Both the position numbers and the translations under genes were made by a program. The notes beneath the pieces were generated by a model. It was not told the origin of the DNA and searched no databases. It saw only the letters and a list, made by a program, of their open reading frames with translations. 64,000 nucleotides of DNA from an uncultured bacterium (GTDB taxonomy: Bacteria; Bacillota; Clostridia; Lachnospirales; Lachnospiraceae). The stretch spans positions 26,681-90,680 of the forward strand of contig CAJMQE010000002.1 in the NCBI GenBank assembly GCA_905215405.1, given 5' to 3'. Below are positions 29,339 to 39,767 of the stretch, one piece after another (the first letter of the stretch is position 1; each line of letters begins with the position of its first letter).

Positions 29339-31459
29339 TTATCCGTGGATCTTTCTTAATATGACTGCGGAATTACCACGCAGACCAATATCCAGTTTTC
29401 CATCCGGCAAACTGTAGCCGAGATGTTGTGTACTGTATCCTCCATCATAAGTTACCAGAATCTGTTCGACATCATCTCTATGAGTCAGTCCTGTCTCCCA
29501 CACAGGAATTACCGCCCTTCTTTCATCATCGCTATTATTAACAACGACAATGACAGCGTCTTCCCTGTTAAATCTTCCGTAACAAATCAGATTATACTCT
29601 GATTTCAGCGAAATAAAAGAGCCATTCTTTAAAACCGGTATCCTCTTATGTAATTGTATGATTTCCCGGTGAAATTTCAGAAGTTCTTCATCCTCTTTTC
29701 CCCATGGATATGTTCTTCTGTTATCCGGATCCGTCCAGCCACACAGGCCAGCTTCATCTCCGTAGTAAATTGTAGGTGCTCCGGGCCATGTCATCTGTAT
29801 CACAACAGCTTCCCTGAAAACAGCCTTATTGATTCCGGTTGATGCGGCTTGTGCCCCTTTTGATGAGATTCTTCCAACTGTACGGTTGGTTCTGGTCAGG
29901 AATCTCGAATGATCATGATTCGACAGTTCATTCATCGCAACCGTATAAGACTGCCCGCCCAAATGTGCCATATTATGTCTCATCGCACCAAAGAAATTAT
30001 CTGCATTTCCCAGCATATCCTGACGGAACTCATCACTATGTTTCTGCATTCCTGTCAGGAACCAGGTAACAGGTTCCATAAATGCATCATAATTCATAAC
30101 GGTATCCCATTCATCGCCCTGAAGCCAGTCATAGGAATCTCCATAGTTCTCTGCCAGTATAATTGCATCTGGATTCGCTTCTTTTACAGCACTCCGAAAT
30201 TTCTTCCAGAACTTATGGTTGTATTCTTTATTATAACCAAGATCCGCTGCAACATCCAGTCTCCATCCATCCGCATTATAAGGCGCAGAGACCCATTTTT
30301 TTGCGATACTGAGGATGTATTCCTCAAGTCTGTCTGAGCCTTCATAATTCAACTTAGGAAGGGTATCATATCCCCACCAGCCATCGTAGGAATTATTATC
30401 AGGCCACTGATTGCTAAAAAATTTAAAGAACTCATGATAAGGACTCTCCCGGTCTGCATAAGCACCGCTCGCATAATCCTCTTTTGAGTTCTGATAGATC
30501 TTTTCCTTGTCCATCCATTTATTAAATGATCCACAGTGATTAAATACACCATCAATGATGACTTTCATACCACGTCTGTGAATCTCACTGACCAGCTTTG
30601 CAAAATAATCATTGCTCGCTTCCAGATTCTTTTTACCTGCTACACGATTGATATATTTTGTTGCATGTGTATTATCCTGATCACCATCCGCTAACAGTTC
30701 ACCGCCATCATCGACAATCACACCAATATGAGGATCTATATAGTCATAATCCTGAATATCATACTTATGGTTCGAAGGAGATACGAACAACGGATTAAAG
30801 TAAATGACTTCGACTCCGAGGTCACTTAGATAATCGAGTTTTTCCCATACACCTTTTAAATCTCCGCCGTAGAATTCTCTGACGCCTTCTCCCTCCTGTG
30901 CAGGGATCTTGCTCCAGTCATCTACGTGGATCGTATGTCCACCAATATAGGAATATTCATGATTACATATATCATTTGTACTGTCACCGTTGAAGAAACG
31001 GTCAACAAAAATCTGGTACATTACTGCACCCTGTGCCCATTCAGGTGTCTGAAATCCTGGCATGATCTGAAAATTATAATATGGATTCAGTTCCCTTGCG
31101 GCACCGATCTGATTATAAAAATAACAAAGCCGGCCTGTATTGACTTCAAAGTAGTAATACAGTTTTTCATCCGTCACGTGAATTACTGTCTCATAATAGT
31201 CAAACACACGATCTGCACTAACCTTGCGCATTCTGTGTTTCTGATTGTTGACTACCAGAAGAGCCTCATCTATATTATCCCTGCCAGTCCTTAGACGAAT
31301 TGTAACATCCTCATTTTCAAGTGGCTGTGCAGGATCTCTGTATTCTTTTGTTGCATCACTAAATAAAGCCTTGGGATTTAATATCGGTCTTGCGTTATAC
31401 AAATACCGCATTTTTCTCTCATCTTCTGTAAGACCTTCCGTTGATGTAACTATTCTCAT
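29339..31459 (-). CDS. GH13 alpha-amylase-family glycosidase (neopullulanase/cyclomaltodextrinase-like)
   Basis: GH13 regions DGVFNHCG, GWRLDVAADL, ILAENYGD, LSNHDHSR. Start taken at MRIVTST, after AGGAG. Confidence 0.9.
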   Translation of the reverse strand: MRIVTSTEGLTEDERKMRYLYNARPILNPKALFSDATKEYRDPAQPLENEDVTIRLRTGRDNIDEALLVVNNQKHRMRKVSADRVFDYYETVIHVTDEKLYYYFEVNTGRLCYFYNQIGAARELNPYYNFQIMPGFQTPEWAQGAVMYQIFVDRFFNGDSTNDICNHEYSYIGGHTIHVDDWSKIPAQEGEGVREFYGGDLKGVWEKLDYLSDLGVEVIYFNPLFVSPSNHKYDIQDYDYIDPHIGVIVDDGGELLADGDQDNTHATKYINRVAGKKNLEASNDYFAKLVSEIHRRGMKVIIDGVFNHCGSFNKWMDKEKIYQNSKEDYASGAYADRESPYHEFFKFFSNQWPDNNSYDGWWGYDTLPKLNYEGSDRLEEYILSIAKKWVSAPYNADGWRLDVAADLGYNKEYNHKFWKKFRSAVKEANPDAIILAENYGDSYDWLQGDEWDTVMNYDAFMEPVTWFLTGMQKHSDEFRQDMLGNADNFFGAMRHNMAHLGGQSYTVAMNELSNHDHSRFLTRTNRTVGRISSKGAQAASTGINKAVFREAVVIQMTWPGAPTIYYGDEAGLCGWTDPDNRRTYPWGKEDEELLKFHREIIQLHKRIPVLKNGSFISLKSEYNLICYGRFNREDAVIVVVNNSDDERRAVIPVWETGLTHRDDVEQILVTYDGGYSTQHLGYSLPDGKLDIGLRGNSAVILRKIHG

Positions 31460-31700
31460 ATCATTCACTCCTAAAAAATACAATATCGATCCAGTTTACT
31501 TCTTGACTGTTCAGTACCAGTTACTCTACGATTATCGCTCACATTTTTAGCAGTTTATTTCAGACTTTCTAAACAGTCACTTTATATTTTATAACTAATC
31601 CAAATAGAATTCAATTAAAAGTTCCTTAAATCAGAATTAAGTCAGATTTATTTTATAATTACTTATAGAAAAATACATTTTTATTATTTTTTTGCAAAGT

Positions 31701-31733
31701 AAAAAGGACAGCTTCCGAACGCTGTCCTTTTTG
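31701..31733. terminator. Hairpin terminator downstream of ftsH
   Basis: AAAAAGGACAGC-TTCCGAAC-GCTGTCCTTTTT, symmetric with an A-run on the left and a T-run on the right. Confidence 0.65.
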
Positions 31734-31951
31734 GAGAAGGTATTTCACTTATTATGGGGTGTAGCAAAAAATATATAATGTATTGGGGGGGTTTTACGAT
31801 GTTTATTATAGCAATAGGCAAGAAATAAGTGTTCACAAATATGTCAAAAATCGCCATGCTTTTTTGTGCACATTGAACAGTTATCGTATAAATCCTAAAA
31901 CAATGTCGTTTTTAGTCTCCCACACACACCTTTTTTCGCCTTTTCACACGC

Positions 31952-33769
31952 CTAAAACAGTGCTTCGAACTCTTCTCTGGTAATTTTTTCTTTTTCAAGA
32001 AGTAAATCTGCGCACTTATGTAACACATCAATATGATCTGTTACCATAGTCTTTGCTTTATCATAGCAGTCGTCTATAATGCTCTTAACTTCTTCATCTA
32101 TCTCTGTTGCAATATTTTCACCATATGGTCTTGCATGTGCAAGATCTCTGCCAATAAATACTTCATCACTGTCATCATCATAATTGATCAGACCGAGCTT
32201 ATCGGAGAATCCATATTTTGTTACCATCGATCTGGCTACTGATGTTGCCTGTTTGATATCCTGGGATGCACCGGTTGTTACATCATCAAAGATCAGTTCT
32301 TCAGCCACACGGCCACCAAGTCCTACAATGATATTCTGAAGCATTTTTCCCTTTGTATTAAACATTTCATCCTTTTCAGGAAGTGGCATTGTATAACCTG
32401 CTGCACCCATTCCTGTTGGAATAATAGAAATTGTATGAACAGGACCAACATCTGGAAGCAGATGGAACAGAATTGCATGCCCTGCTTCATGATAAGCAGT
32501 AATTTTCTTTTCTTTATCAGAAATGATCTTGCTCTTCTTCTCAACACCAATTCCAACTTTAACAAATGATGCTTCTACATCAGCATTGGTGATATATTTT
32601 CTACCACTCTTTGCAGCTGTAATCGCAGCTTCATTTAACAGGTTCTCAAGATCCGCTCCTGTGAAACCTGCTGTTGTTCTGGACAGACTGTCAAGATCGA
32701 CATCATCACCAAGTGGTTTTTTGGCTGCATGTACCTGAAGGATTTCATATCTGCCTTTGACATCTGGTCTGCCAACAACAACTTTTCTATCAAAACGACC
32801 TGGTCGTAAAATAGCTGGATCAAGAATATCCACACGGTTAGTTGCTGCGATCACGATAATTCCTTCGTTAACACCAAATCCATCCATCTCGACCAACATC
32901 TGGTTTAATGTCTGTTCTCTTTCATCATGGCCGCCGCCCATTCCTGTACCTCTTCTACGGGCAACTGCATCAATTTCATCAATGAACACAATACATGGAG
33001 CATTCTTTTTGGCTTCTTCGAACAAATCTCTGACACGGGATGCACCAACACCAACGAACATTTCAACGAAATCAGAACCTGAGATACTAAAGAATGGTAC
33101 CCCAGCTTCTCCTGCGATTGCTTTGGCAAGTAATGTCTTACCTGTTCCAGGAGGGCCTGTAAGGATCAGACCTTTTGGAATTCTTGCTCCAAGATCTGTA
33201 TATTTCTTTGGATCCTTCAGGAAATCCACTACTTCTTCGAGTTCTTCTTTCTCTTCATGAAGTCCCGCAACATCATCAAATCTGACTTTGCGTGCTGCCT
33301 CATCCATCATCTTTGCACGGCTCTTACCAAAATTCATCATCTTGGAATTGCTGCTGCCTGCTGACTGTCTAGTCATCAGAATAAAGATAAATACCAGTGC
33401 AATCAGACCGATTCCACATGGAAGTATTGTGGTAAGCCAGATGCTGTCTCTTGCTACATCCTTTAATTCAAAGCTTACATTATAACTGTTCAGTTCGTTC
33501 TGAATCTCGTTTACATCGGATACATACAGAGTTCTGGTCGTCCCATTATCTGCATTCTTTAATTCGATTGTAAGTACACCGGTCGGTGTTTCTGCATTCT
33601 GTTTGATCGTTACATCTGAGATGTTCTCATCCTGCATATCCTTAACAAGCTGCTGGTAACTATACTGCTGACTCTGTACTCTTGTCTGCTTAATGAAAAA
33701 GTACCCGGCAACTGCAAGAATAATAAAGAGGATATATACACCTATATTGCCATATCTGTTTTTATTCAT
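31952..33769 (-). CDS. ftsH: ATP-dependent zinc metalloprotease FtsH
   Basis: Two N-terminal TMs, AAA+ Walker A GPPGTGKT, Walker [12 protein letters not shown], zinc motif HEAGHA. Confidence 0.97.
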   Translation of the reverse strand: MNKNRYGNIGVYILFIILAVAGYFFIKQTRVQSQQYSYQQLVKDMQDENISDVTIKQNAETPTGVLTIELKNADNGTTRTLYVSDVNEIQNELNSYNVSFELKDVARDSIWLTTILPCGIGLIALVFIFILMTRQSAGSSNSKMMNFGKSRAKMMDEAARKVRFDDVAGLHEEKEELEEVVDFLKDPKKYTDLGARIPKGLILTGPPGTGKTLLAKAIAGEAGVPFFSISGSDFVEMFVGVGASRVRDLFEEAKKNAPCIVFIDEIDAVARRRGTGMGGGHDEREQTLNQMLVEMDGFGVNEGIIVIAATNRVDILDPAILRPGRFDRKVVVGRPDVKGRYEILQVHAAKKPLGDDVDLDSLSRTTAGFTGADLENLLNEAAITAAKSGRKYITNADVEASFVKVGIGVEKKSKIISDKEKKITAYHEAGHAILFHLLPDVGPVHTISIIPTGMGAAGYTMPLPEKDEMFNTKGKMLQNIIVGLGGRVAEELIFDDVTTGASQDIKQATSVARSMVTKYGFSDKLGLINYDDDSDEVFIGRDLAHARPYGENIATEIDEEVKSIIDDCYDKAKTMVTDHIDVLHKCADLLLEKEKITREEFEALF

Positions 33770-33840
33770 CGCATACCTCCTGTTATCGAATGATAATAGA
33801 TCTTCCCACTGGGTTCTGCATACCTGCAGTTTCCTTTATG

Positions 33841-34368
33841 TTAAAGATGGACAACACCAATAAATGGAAGATTTCTGTATTTCTGATCGTAGTCAAGTCC
33901 ATATCCCACTACAAATTTATCAGGGATCTGGAATCCGTTATAATCCACATCAATTTCAAACTCACGTCTTTCAGGCTTGTCAAGTAATGTACAAAGCTTC
34001 AGGCTGTTTGGTTTTCTTTCATTGAGCATAGGGAAGAGATGACTTAATGTTCTTCCTGAATCAATGATATCTTCAATTACGATTACATCTTTTCCTTCGA
34101 TGCTTTCATCAAGTTCTTTCTTAATTGTAATCGTACCTGTTGATTCTGTACCTGAACCATAGCTTGAAACCTGCATGAAATCAACGGTTACTGGAATCGT
34201 TATTCTCTTTGCGAGTTCACATGTGAAAAATACACTGCCCTTTAAAATGCAAATAAGATGGACACTTCTGCCTTCATAATCTTTACTGATCTGCGCACCC
34301 AGCTCTACAATCCTCTTATTTAAATCCTCTTCTGGGATTAATACGCTGATATCGTGTTCTAACTTCAT
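33841..34368 (-). CDS. hpt: Hypoxanthine phosphoribosyltransferase
   Basis: PRPP-binding motif VIVIEDIIDSGRTL. Typical 175-aa size and position between tilS and ftsH. Confidence 0.95.
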   Translation of the reverse strand: MKLEHDISVLIPEEDLNKRIVELGAQISKDYEGRSVHLICILKGSVFFTCELAKRITIPVTVDFMQVSSYGSGTESTGTITIKKELDESIEGKDVIVIEDIIDSGRTLSHLFPMLNERKPNSLKLCTLLDKPERREFEIDVDYNGFQIPDKFVVGYGLDYDQKYRNLPFIGVVHL

Positions 34369-35927
34369 ATTTCCTCCATTCTAGTGCTATCCGACACTGT
34401 TCCATTACCCGTAAATGCAATGGTAACCATTCGTTTGGTCTCTTTCGTAAGTTTATATTGAGCGCTCATCCGATAACCGACAATCCATATGATATGACTG
34501 CCATCGGCGACTAAAAGTACCTGGTCCCGATATGAACGCGGTACTTTTTCATTAATAAAATAATCTTTGAGCTTCTTCTTACTACCTTTTTCATCCACTA
34601 CGATGTAATCCCCGCTCTGACGGGTCCTTACCTGAAGTGTAAATTTAATTTTATCATAATCAAAAGATTTCGTATAGTCATTTACATCGATTTTTTTAGA
34701 ATTTATCAGGTTTTTTTCCTCATTTGATAAAATCTTTTCCTGAATACAGACTTCTTTCAGAACAACTGGGGCATCTTTGGCAATAAATGGTCCATTTAAT
34801 GGGAATTTGTACCACTCATTTTCTTTCTGCACAGGTAACAGGACTGGCTGAATCCCTTTCCCTGTCATATCCTTTTGAACCGGATCCTGCCTTTTCTTTA
34901 CAAGGATCTTATCGTACTCTCTGTAGGCACTGATTCCATAGGCAACATCCACTCTTGCTCCCGACTGCCTCTGCAACAGGGAAATCACCGATTCTATATG
35001 AACTTTGTATACATCTTTTAGTCGTCCGGCAATCCTGTAAAGAACTTCCCTTACAACATATTTTTTTATTATTGTATCCAGTTCGCCAAATTCCACAATG
35101 TCAATTATATACAATCCAACATGTGTTTTGTCCTCTTCCTTAAAAGTGACACATTTTGCAAATGCGGCTGCTGCCTGTTTTTCCAAAAACTCTTCTGCTT
35201 CGCGCACCATGTCAGCCATACTGCAGACATTTTCCACAACACTGGAATTAATATTTTCTGAAAGATAAGGGATGACTACATTACGCAGTCTGTTACGCAG
35301 ATATTCATTTTCCAGATTTGTACTGTCCGTCTGAAAAGATTGCCCATAACTGGTGAGCAGTTCTTCGATCTCCGCCCTTCTGATACAGAGCAAGGGACGA
35401 ATAATGTCATCATTGACTGGCTGAATCCCACAAATACCACGCACACCGCTGCCTCTGAACAAATTCATCAGAACGGTTTCACTCTGATCATCCATATGAT
35501 GTGCGACCGCAATTCTTACTCTCTGTTCCTTGCGACCTGCGTTTCCGGCACTTCCGTTTTCCTCTGCCACCTGTCGAAATAATCCGTATCTAGCTTTTCT
35601 TCCAGCCTCTTCCACCGAAAGTTTCTGCTGTTTTGCCATTTTCTCGACCTGAACATGAAAAGTCCTGCAAGGCACATGTATCTGGTCGCACAACTGCTCT
35701 ACGAACTGCTCATCATCCATGGCTTCTTCTCCTCTGATACAGTGGTTCACATGTACCGCTGTCAGAGAAAAATCCATTTGTCTCTGCAATTCTTTCAGCA
35801 CCAGCAGGAGGCACACGGAATCTGCGCCACCTGAAACTCCGGCCACTACATGATCTCCCGGCAGGATCATTTTATATTTTCTAATATAATCAAAAATCTT
35901 CTCTACTGTATTTGTCATTTCTATCAA
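34365..35927 (-). CDS. tilS: tRNA(Ile)-lysidine synthetase TilS
   Basis: PP-loop AGVSGGADSVCLL, HVNHCIRGEEA, and a C-terminal TilS substrate domain (...GSKKKLKDYFINEKVP...). 4-nt overlap with hpt. Confidence 0.92.
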   Translation of the reverse strand: MIEMTNTVEKIFDYIRKYKMILPGDHVVAGVSGGADSVCLLLVLKELQRQMDFSLTAVHVNHCIRGEEAMDDEQFVEQLCDQIHVPCRTFHVQVEKMAKQQKLSVEEAGRKARYGLFRQVAEENGSAGNAGRKEQRVRIAVAHHMDDQSETVLMNLFRGSGVRGICGIQPVNDDIIRPLLCIRRAEIEELLTSYGQSFQTDSTNLENEYLRNRLRNVVIPYLSENINSSVVENVCSMADMVREAEEFLEKQAAAAFAKCVTFKEEDKTHVGLYIIDIVEFGELDTIIKKYVVREVLYRIAGRLKDVYKVHIESVISLLQRQSGARVDVAYGISAYREYDKILVKKRQDPVQKDMTGKGIQPVLLPVQKENEWYKFPLNGPFIAKDAPVVLKEVCIQEKILSNEEKNLINSKKIDVNDYTKSFDYDKIKFTLQVRTRQSGDYIVVDEKGSKKKLKDYFINEKVPRSYRDQVLLVADGSHIIWIVGYRMSAQYKLTKETKRMVTIAFTGNGTVSDSTRMEEI

Positions 35928-36026
35928 TAGCTCCTGTATCGATTCTGCAACTAAATGTTGTTCCTTCTTATATTATCAGCATATTATAAGAAATTCTATT
36001 AACACTTTTTGTACTTATTTTGTATA

Positions 36027-37157
36027 CTAATATACTTTTTCACGGGTGTCAAACACACCAGCAACAATGACTGTCATATCGTCCTTTGCAATATTTTCAT
36101 TCAAACTGAGTGCCTGCCTTAAGATTTCATTGGCAATCGCTTCTGGCTGACGGATCGTAATATCATTAATAATATCGACCAGTTTCTGTTCCTTATCCTG
36201 AACTGGCAGATTTTCAAGAATGCCATCGCTCACCATAACTACATAATCTCCATCATAGAGCTTTTTCACCGCATTATCATAATCGACCTGTTCGAGCACT
36301 CCAATTGGAAGTGTCGTTGATTTAATGATCTCGACCCAGCCTTCCCTCTTAATAAATGTGGATGCAGCCCCAAGCTTAATGCAGTTCAATACGCCCAACT
36401 GCCGGTCAATAACGCTCATATCAACAGCCACGGGATTTGTGATATATTCTCCTGCTGAGAATGCAGAGTTGACCAGTCCGATCGCTACCTTTTCATCAAA
36501 GCCAGCCTCCAGGCACTGTTCCATCAGTTCGATCACGGTCTCGCTCTCACAAAATGCAGTTTTTCCTGCACCCATTCCATCTGCGATCGTAATGATGTCC
36601 CGTCCACAATCCAGCTGAGTAATTGAAAAGTTATCCCCCGAAATATCCATTTTATCCTTATTGCTCCTGGCAATTCCAGATAAAACACGGAATCTTGGCT
36701 CTTCTATAAACGTAAATTCATGATAGTCTTCATTGACAATGGTCCTGTTCTTCTCACAGGAATAAAATTCGCATCGGTAGATCTTAGAGACCTCTGCCGC
36801 AAGTTCCCGTACCATAATGCAATTATGCTTAACTGTTTTTGCCAGCACAACGATTTCCCGTCTTCCCGGTTTCCCTTCGACGATTTTCATCCATTTGATC
36901 TTAATTCCATGAACCAGCATGCCCCTGATCATGCCAGCCTTGTCCATCTTTCCCATTCTTACGACTTTTGTCTGAACTTCACAACACTGGCTGATAACAT
37001 CCGCCAGAACAAACAGCTGATTGGAAATGACATTGACTGCATGTCCCTTTCCCTGTATATCTTCGTAAGTTTCCCCCAGTTTACGAAATGTCTTCGCCGT
37101 CTCTTTCAGCCTCGTAAGTGAATACTCGTTGTCGTATGTCTCTATATCCGCACTCAT
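36027..37157 (-). CDS. spoIIE: SpoIIE-like PP2C phosphatase lacking the canonical polytopic N-terminal domain
   Basis: PP2C/SpoIIE motifs (ISGDNFSI..., ADGMGAGK..., VMVSDGILE..., DDMTVIVAGV). It holds the spoIIE position upstream of tilS-hpt-ftsH. It is only 376 aa and has no TM segments. Confidence 0.75.
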   Translation of the reverse strand: MSADIETYDNEYSLTRLKETAKTFRKLGETYEDIQGKGHAVNVISNQLFVLADVISQCCEVQTKVVRMGKMDKAGMIRGMLVHGIKIKWMKIVEGKPGRREIVVLAKTVKHNCIMVRELAAEVSKIYRCEFYSCEKNRTIVNEDYHEFTFIEEPRFRVLSGIARSNKDKMDISGDNFSITQLDCGRDIITIADGMGAGKTAFCESETVIELMEQCLEAGFDEKVAIGLVNSAFSAGEYITNPVAVDMSVIDRQLGVLNCIKLGAASTFIKREGWVEIIKSTTLPIGVLEQVDYDNAVKKLYDGDYVVMVSDGILENLPVQDKEQKLVDIINDITIRQPEAIANEILRQALSLNENIAKDDMTVIVAGVFDTREKVY

Positions 37158-37459
37158 TTCCTAATCCCCTCACTTAACGCCTTTTCTACACGCTTCTGCC
37201 TTTTCAGGCAGACAGTCCTGTGCAATAACCTATTATAGAGTTACTGCGAGGAAGTATTTTGTCAAATGAAGCACCCGTCCACAAAAAAGTTTTCGACGAA
37301 TTATGCTATTCTTATCCCGATCTGCATTTATCATATAAAAAATGGCCTCCCAGAAAGCCAGATCATATCTGCCTTTTTGGGGGACCATTTTCCTGCTGTC
37401 ATGCTCATAAACGTCTGTTGCGCCTTCCTTTAACAGTTTTATTCGCAGTACCTTTTGCA

Positions 37460-37804
37460 CTATTCGGTCGGTTTGAATACAAGTTCATCTGGATAGAGGA
37501 GACCGAACTTTTCCTTTGCAATCTCTTCTACATATTTTTTGGTCTTCACATATTTCTTGTACTCATCCAGTGAATCACTTCTGGATTCCTGTTCTGCGAT
37601 CTGCTGGCTCAGCTCATCGATTCTAGATTCGTTCGATGCACTTTTTGATGCCAGCGACTGTTTGCCATTCCAGATTACCACACTCAGCAGCAATACCACT
37701 GCGACTGCAGCAAACATGGCAATTATATTAGAGCGTCTTCTTCTTTTTGCCTTTAACTCGAGACTTCGCCTTGTTTCGTATCTTCTCATATTTCTTTTTA
37801 CCAT
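37460..37804 (-). CDS. divIC: Septum formation initiator (DivIC/FtsB family)
   Basis: Basic N-terminus, a single TM (IIAMFAAVAVVLLLSVVIW), a coiled coil, and a conserved C-terminus ...YVEEIAKEKFGLLYPDE. It follows yabQ. The start is uncertain; 37717 is an alternative. Confidence 0.7.
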   Translation of the reverse strand: MVKRNMRRYETRRSLELKAKRRRRSNIIAMFAAVAVVLLLSVVIWNGKQSLASKSASNESRIDELSQQIAEQESRSDSLDEYKKYVKTKKYVEEIAKEKFGLLYPDELVFKPTE

Positions 37805-38186
37805 CCCTTTTACTTATGGATAGCCTTATTCTAATGTATTTGAATAGTTTTTTCAATGGTTTCAGGACAAATCTTATCGCTTTTGCAGAGTATTTTACAA
37901 AATAGGGACTGAGCGTGTACTGATACATCAGACTTCCAAGTACAAATCCGATCACAGAAAACGCACGCACAATTCCGTCATTCACCATAAACGTGACGTG
38001 AAAGATGAAAAAGCCACAGAACATCCAGAACAGGATGTCTTCTGCTGCCATTACATATACCTTTCTATGTATTACGACCCTTCTGAATATCCGCAAAATA
38101 TCATACAGCACCGAAAGTGCCATTCCCCACATCATGGATATTGCAAGGAATCTCCATTCCCACGTTATAATTTCACTCATAGGCAC
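37728..38186 (-). CDS. yabQ: Spore cortex biosynthesis protein YabQ
   Basis: Small polytopic membrane protein immediately downstream of yabP, with a Lys-rich tail. The start is either GTG at 38186 (overlapping the yabP stop) or ATG at 38180. Confidence 0.7.
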   Translation of the reverse strand: MPMSEIITWEWRFLAISMMWGMALSVLYDILRIFRRVVIHRKVYVMAAEDILFWMFCGFFIFHVTFMVNDGIVRAFSVIGFVLGSLMYQYTLSPYFVKYSAKAIRFVLKPLKKLFKYIRIRLSISKRDGKKKYEKIRNKAKSRVKGKKKKTL

Positions 38187-38476
38187 TACTTGAACATTCT
38201 GCTGATAAATGATTCACCTTTCTTCGTATAGCTGCTGATCTCCGAGTAGTTGACGCCATCGATCTTGCCATCGATATCGACCTCACCCTTCTCTACTGAC
38301 AGCTGGCTGACATGAAGATTGCTTCCCTTAATTGTGATCATTCCAGTATCCGTTTCAAGAAGTATCGTGTTCAGGTCAAATGAAATAACATCATTAACGC
38401 CTGTTATCTCAGCCTTTTTTCTGTTCTCCATAAATATTTTGTGTGTCCGTGTCTGTTTGATCTTCGTGTCTTCCAT
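38186..38476 (-). CDS. yabP: Sporulation protein YabP
   Basis: 96 aa with ...HKIFMENRKKAEITGVNDVISFD...ITIKGSNLHVSQLSVEKGEV, matching the YabP family pattern and synteny. Confidence 0.85.
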   Translation of the reverse strand: MEDTKIKQTRTHKIFMENRKKAEITGVNDVISFDLNTILLETDTGMITIKGSNLHVSQLSVEKGEVDIDGKIDGVNYSEISSYTKKGESFISRMFK

Positions 38477-38629
38477 ATATATAAAAGCCTCCCCTGATAT
38501 TTTTGTTCATGCAGATCCTGCTGAAGATCTGCCTGTAGACAGTTGATCACCCTGAATTTCCGGGGTCTATTAAATATATTAACTTACGTTTTAATTTATG
38601 ACCGGACTTTTCTTCCTTTTCCAAAATGG

Positions 38630-39544
38630 TTACTTATTCTCTGTCTGACTACATATCAGAAACATTTCACTCAACGCCTTTGCAGCCTGGGAGCGATACC
38701 CGTCAGGTGGATAAGCAAACCCGATCTTAAGCCAAATTCCCCGCTCTCCTATGGACAAGTACCGTGCATCTCCTTCTGAGTTTCTGCAGGATCTGTAGGT
38801 AAATGCCAGTGCGACCCCTTCTTCTGCCATCCGCAACGCAAATGGTGCCGTCATATTATCGTTGCAGATTTTCGGTACGATTCCCCTCTTTTTAAATTCT
38901 TTTCTCGCCGTAGAACCCAGAATTGTGTCGTAATCACTGAGAATAAATTCAAACTCCTGCGTATCTTTGAGATCTACATATAGATGCCCATCTTTTTCTG
39001 ATTTCCTGACATACTGCATGACCGGATGCTCCTGATTGCATACTAGACAGATCTCATCATTTTTAAAGAACGTCACCTCTGTCTTGATATGCTTGAGTGG
39101 TAAAGCAACGACTGCCATATCGATCTGTCCTTCAATCAGCTTTTCCTCGAGTGTCATGCTGTTGTTCTCCACAATCTCCACTTTCACACCAGGGAATTTT
39201 TCCCGAAACTTCTTCAGCACCTTAGGAAGCATAAAACTTCCCCTGAACGTACTGATCCCCAAAATGATCTTTCCAGTCTTTAGTTCCTCAATATCCTGTA
39301 TTTCATTCTGTGCCAGTCTATATTCCCTGAGAATACTTCTTGCTCTGCTGATCAGCAGCTGTCCTGCCTGTGTTGGCCTGATTCCTGTCGATGTACGAAC
39401 GAACAGCTTGCCCCCCATCTCCGCTTCATATTTCTGCAGATAATGGCTCAGACTGGACTGCGCCATGAACAACCTCTCTGCCGCTTTGGAAATACTACCT
39501 TCTTCTGCTATTGTAAGCATATAATTGAGTTCTTTCAGTTCCAT
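38630..39544 (-). CDS. LysR-family transcriptional regulator
   Basis: N-terminal HTH MELKELNYMLTIAEEGSISKAAERLFMAQSSLSHYLQKYE plus a LysR substrate-binding domain. Divergent from the hydrolase/permease pair. Confidence 0.9.
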   Translation of the reverse strand: MELKELNYMLTIAEEGSISKAAERLFMAQSSLSHYLQKYEAEMGGKLFVRTSTGIRPTQAGQLLISRARSILREYRLAQNEIQDIEELKTGKIILGISTFRGSFMLPKVLKKFREKFPGVKVEIVENNSMTLEEKLIEGQIDMAVVALPLKHIKTEVTFFKNDEICLVCNQEHPVMQYVRKSEKDGHLYVDLKDTQEFEFILSDYDTILGSTARKEFKKRGIVPKICNDNMTAPFALRMAEEGVALAFTYRSCRNSEGDARYLSIGERGIWLKIGFAYPPDGYRSQAAKALSEMFLICSQTENK

Positions 39545-39767
39545 ATGTACCGCTCCCTTCCTGACCCGGATCCGATCCTTTCGCAGATTTACTTTTGCCA
39601 TCGTTTTTTTCGATATGATATATCTTAAATTTTACCTTTTGTCTATATTAAAATTATTATATTATGTAAATATCACAAAAGCAATGAATTTTATGAGATA
39701 ATATTAGTAATATTGCATACTGTGAACATGAACTACCAAAAGATTAATAAATGAAAGGATGATATTT

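Noticed and set aside
37233-37460. 75-aa minus-strand ORF between divIC and spoIIE, considered as a remnant of the missing SpoIIE membrane domain or as yabR
   Set aside because: The translation is not hydrophobic and shows no S1 or other motif. It starts at a GTG overlapping the divIC stop and has no convincing RBS.
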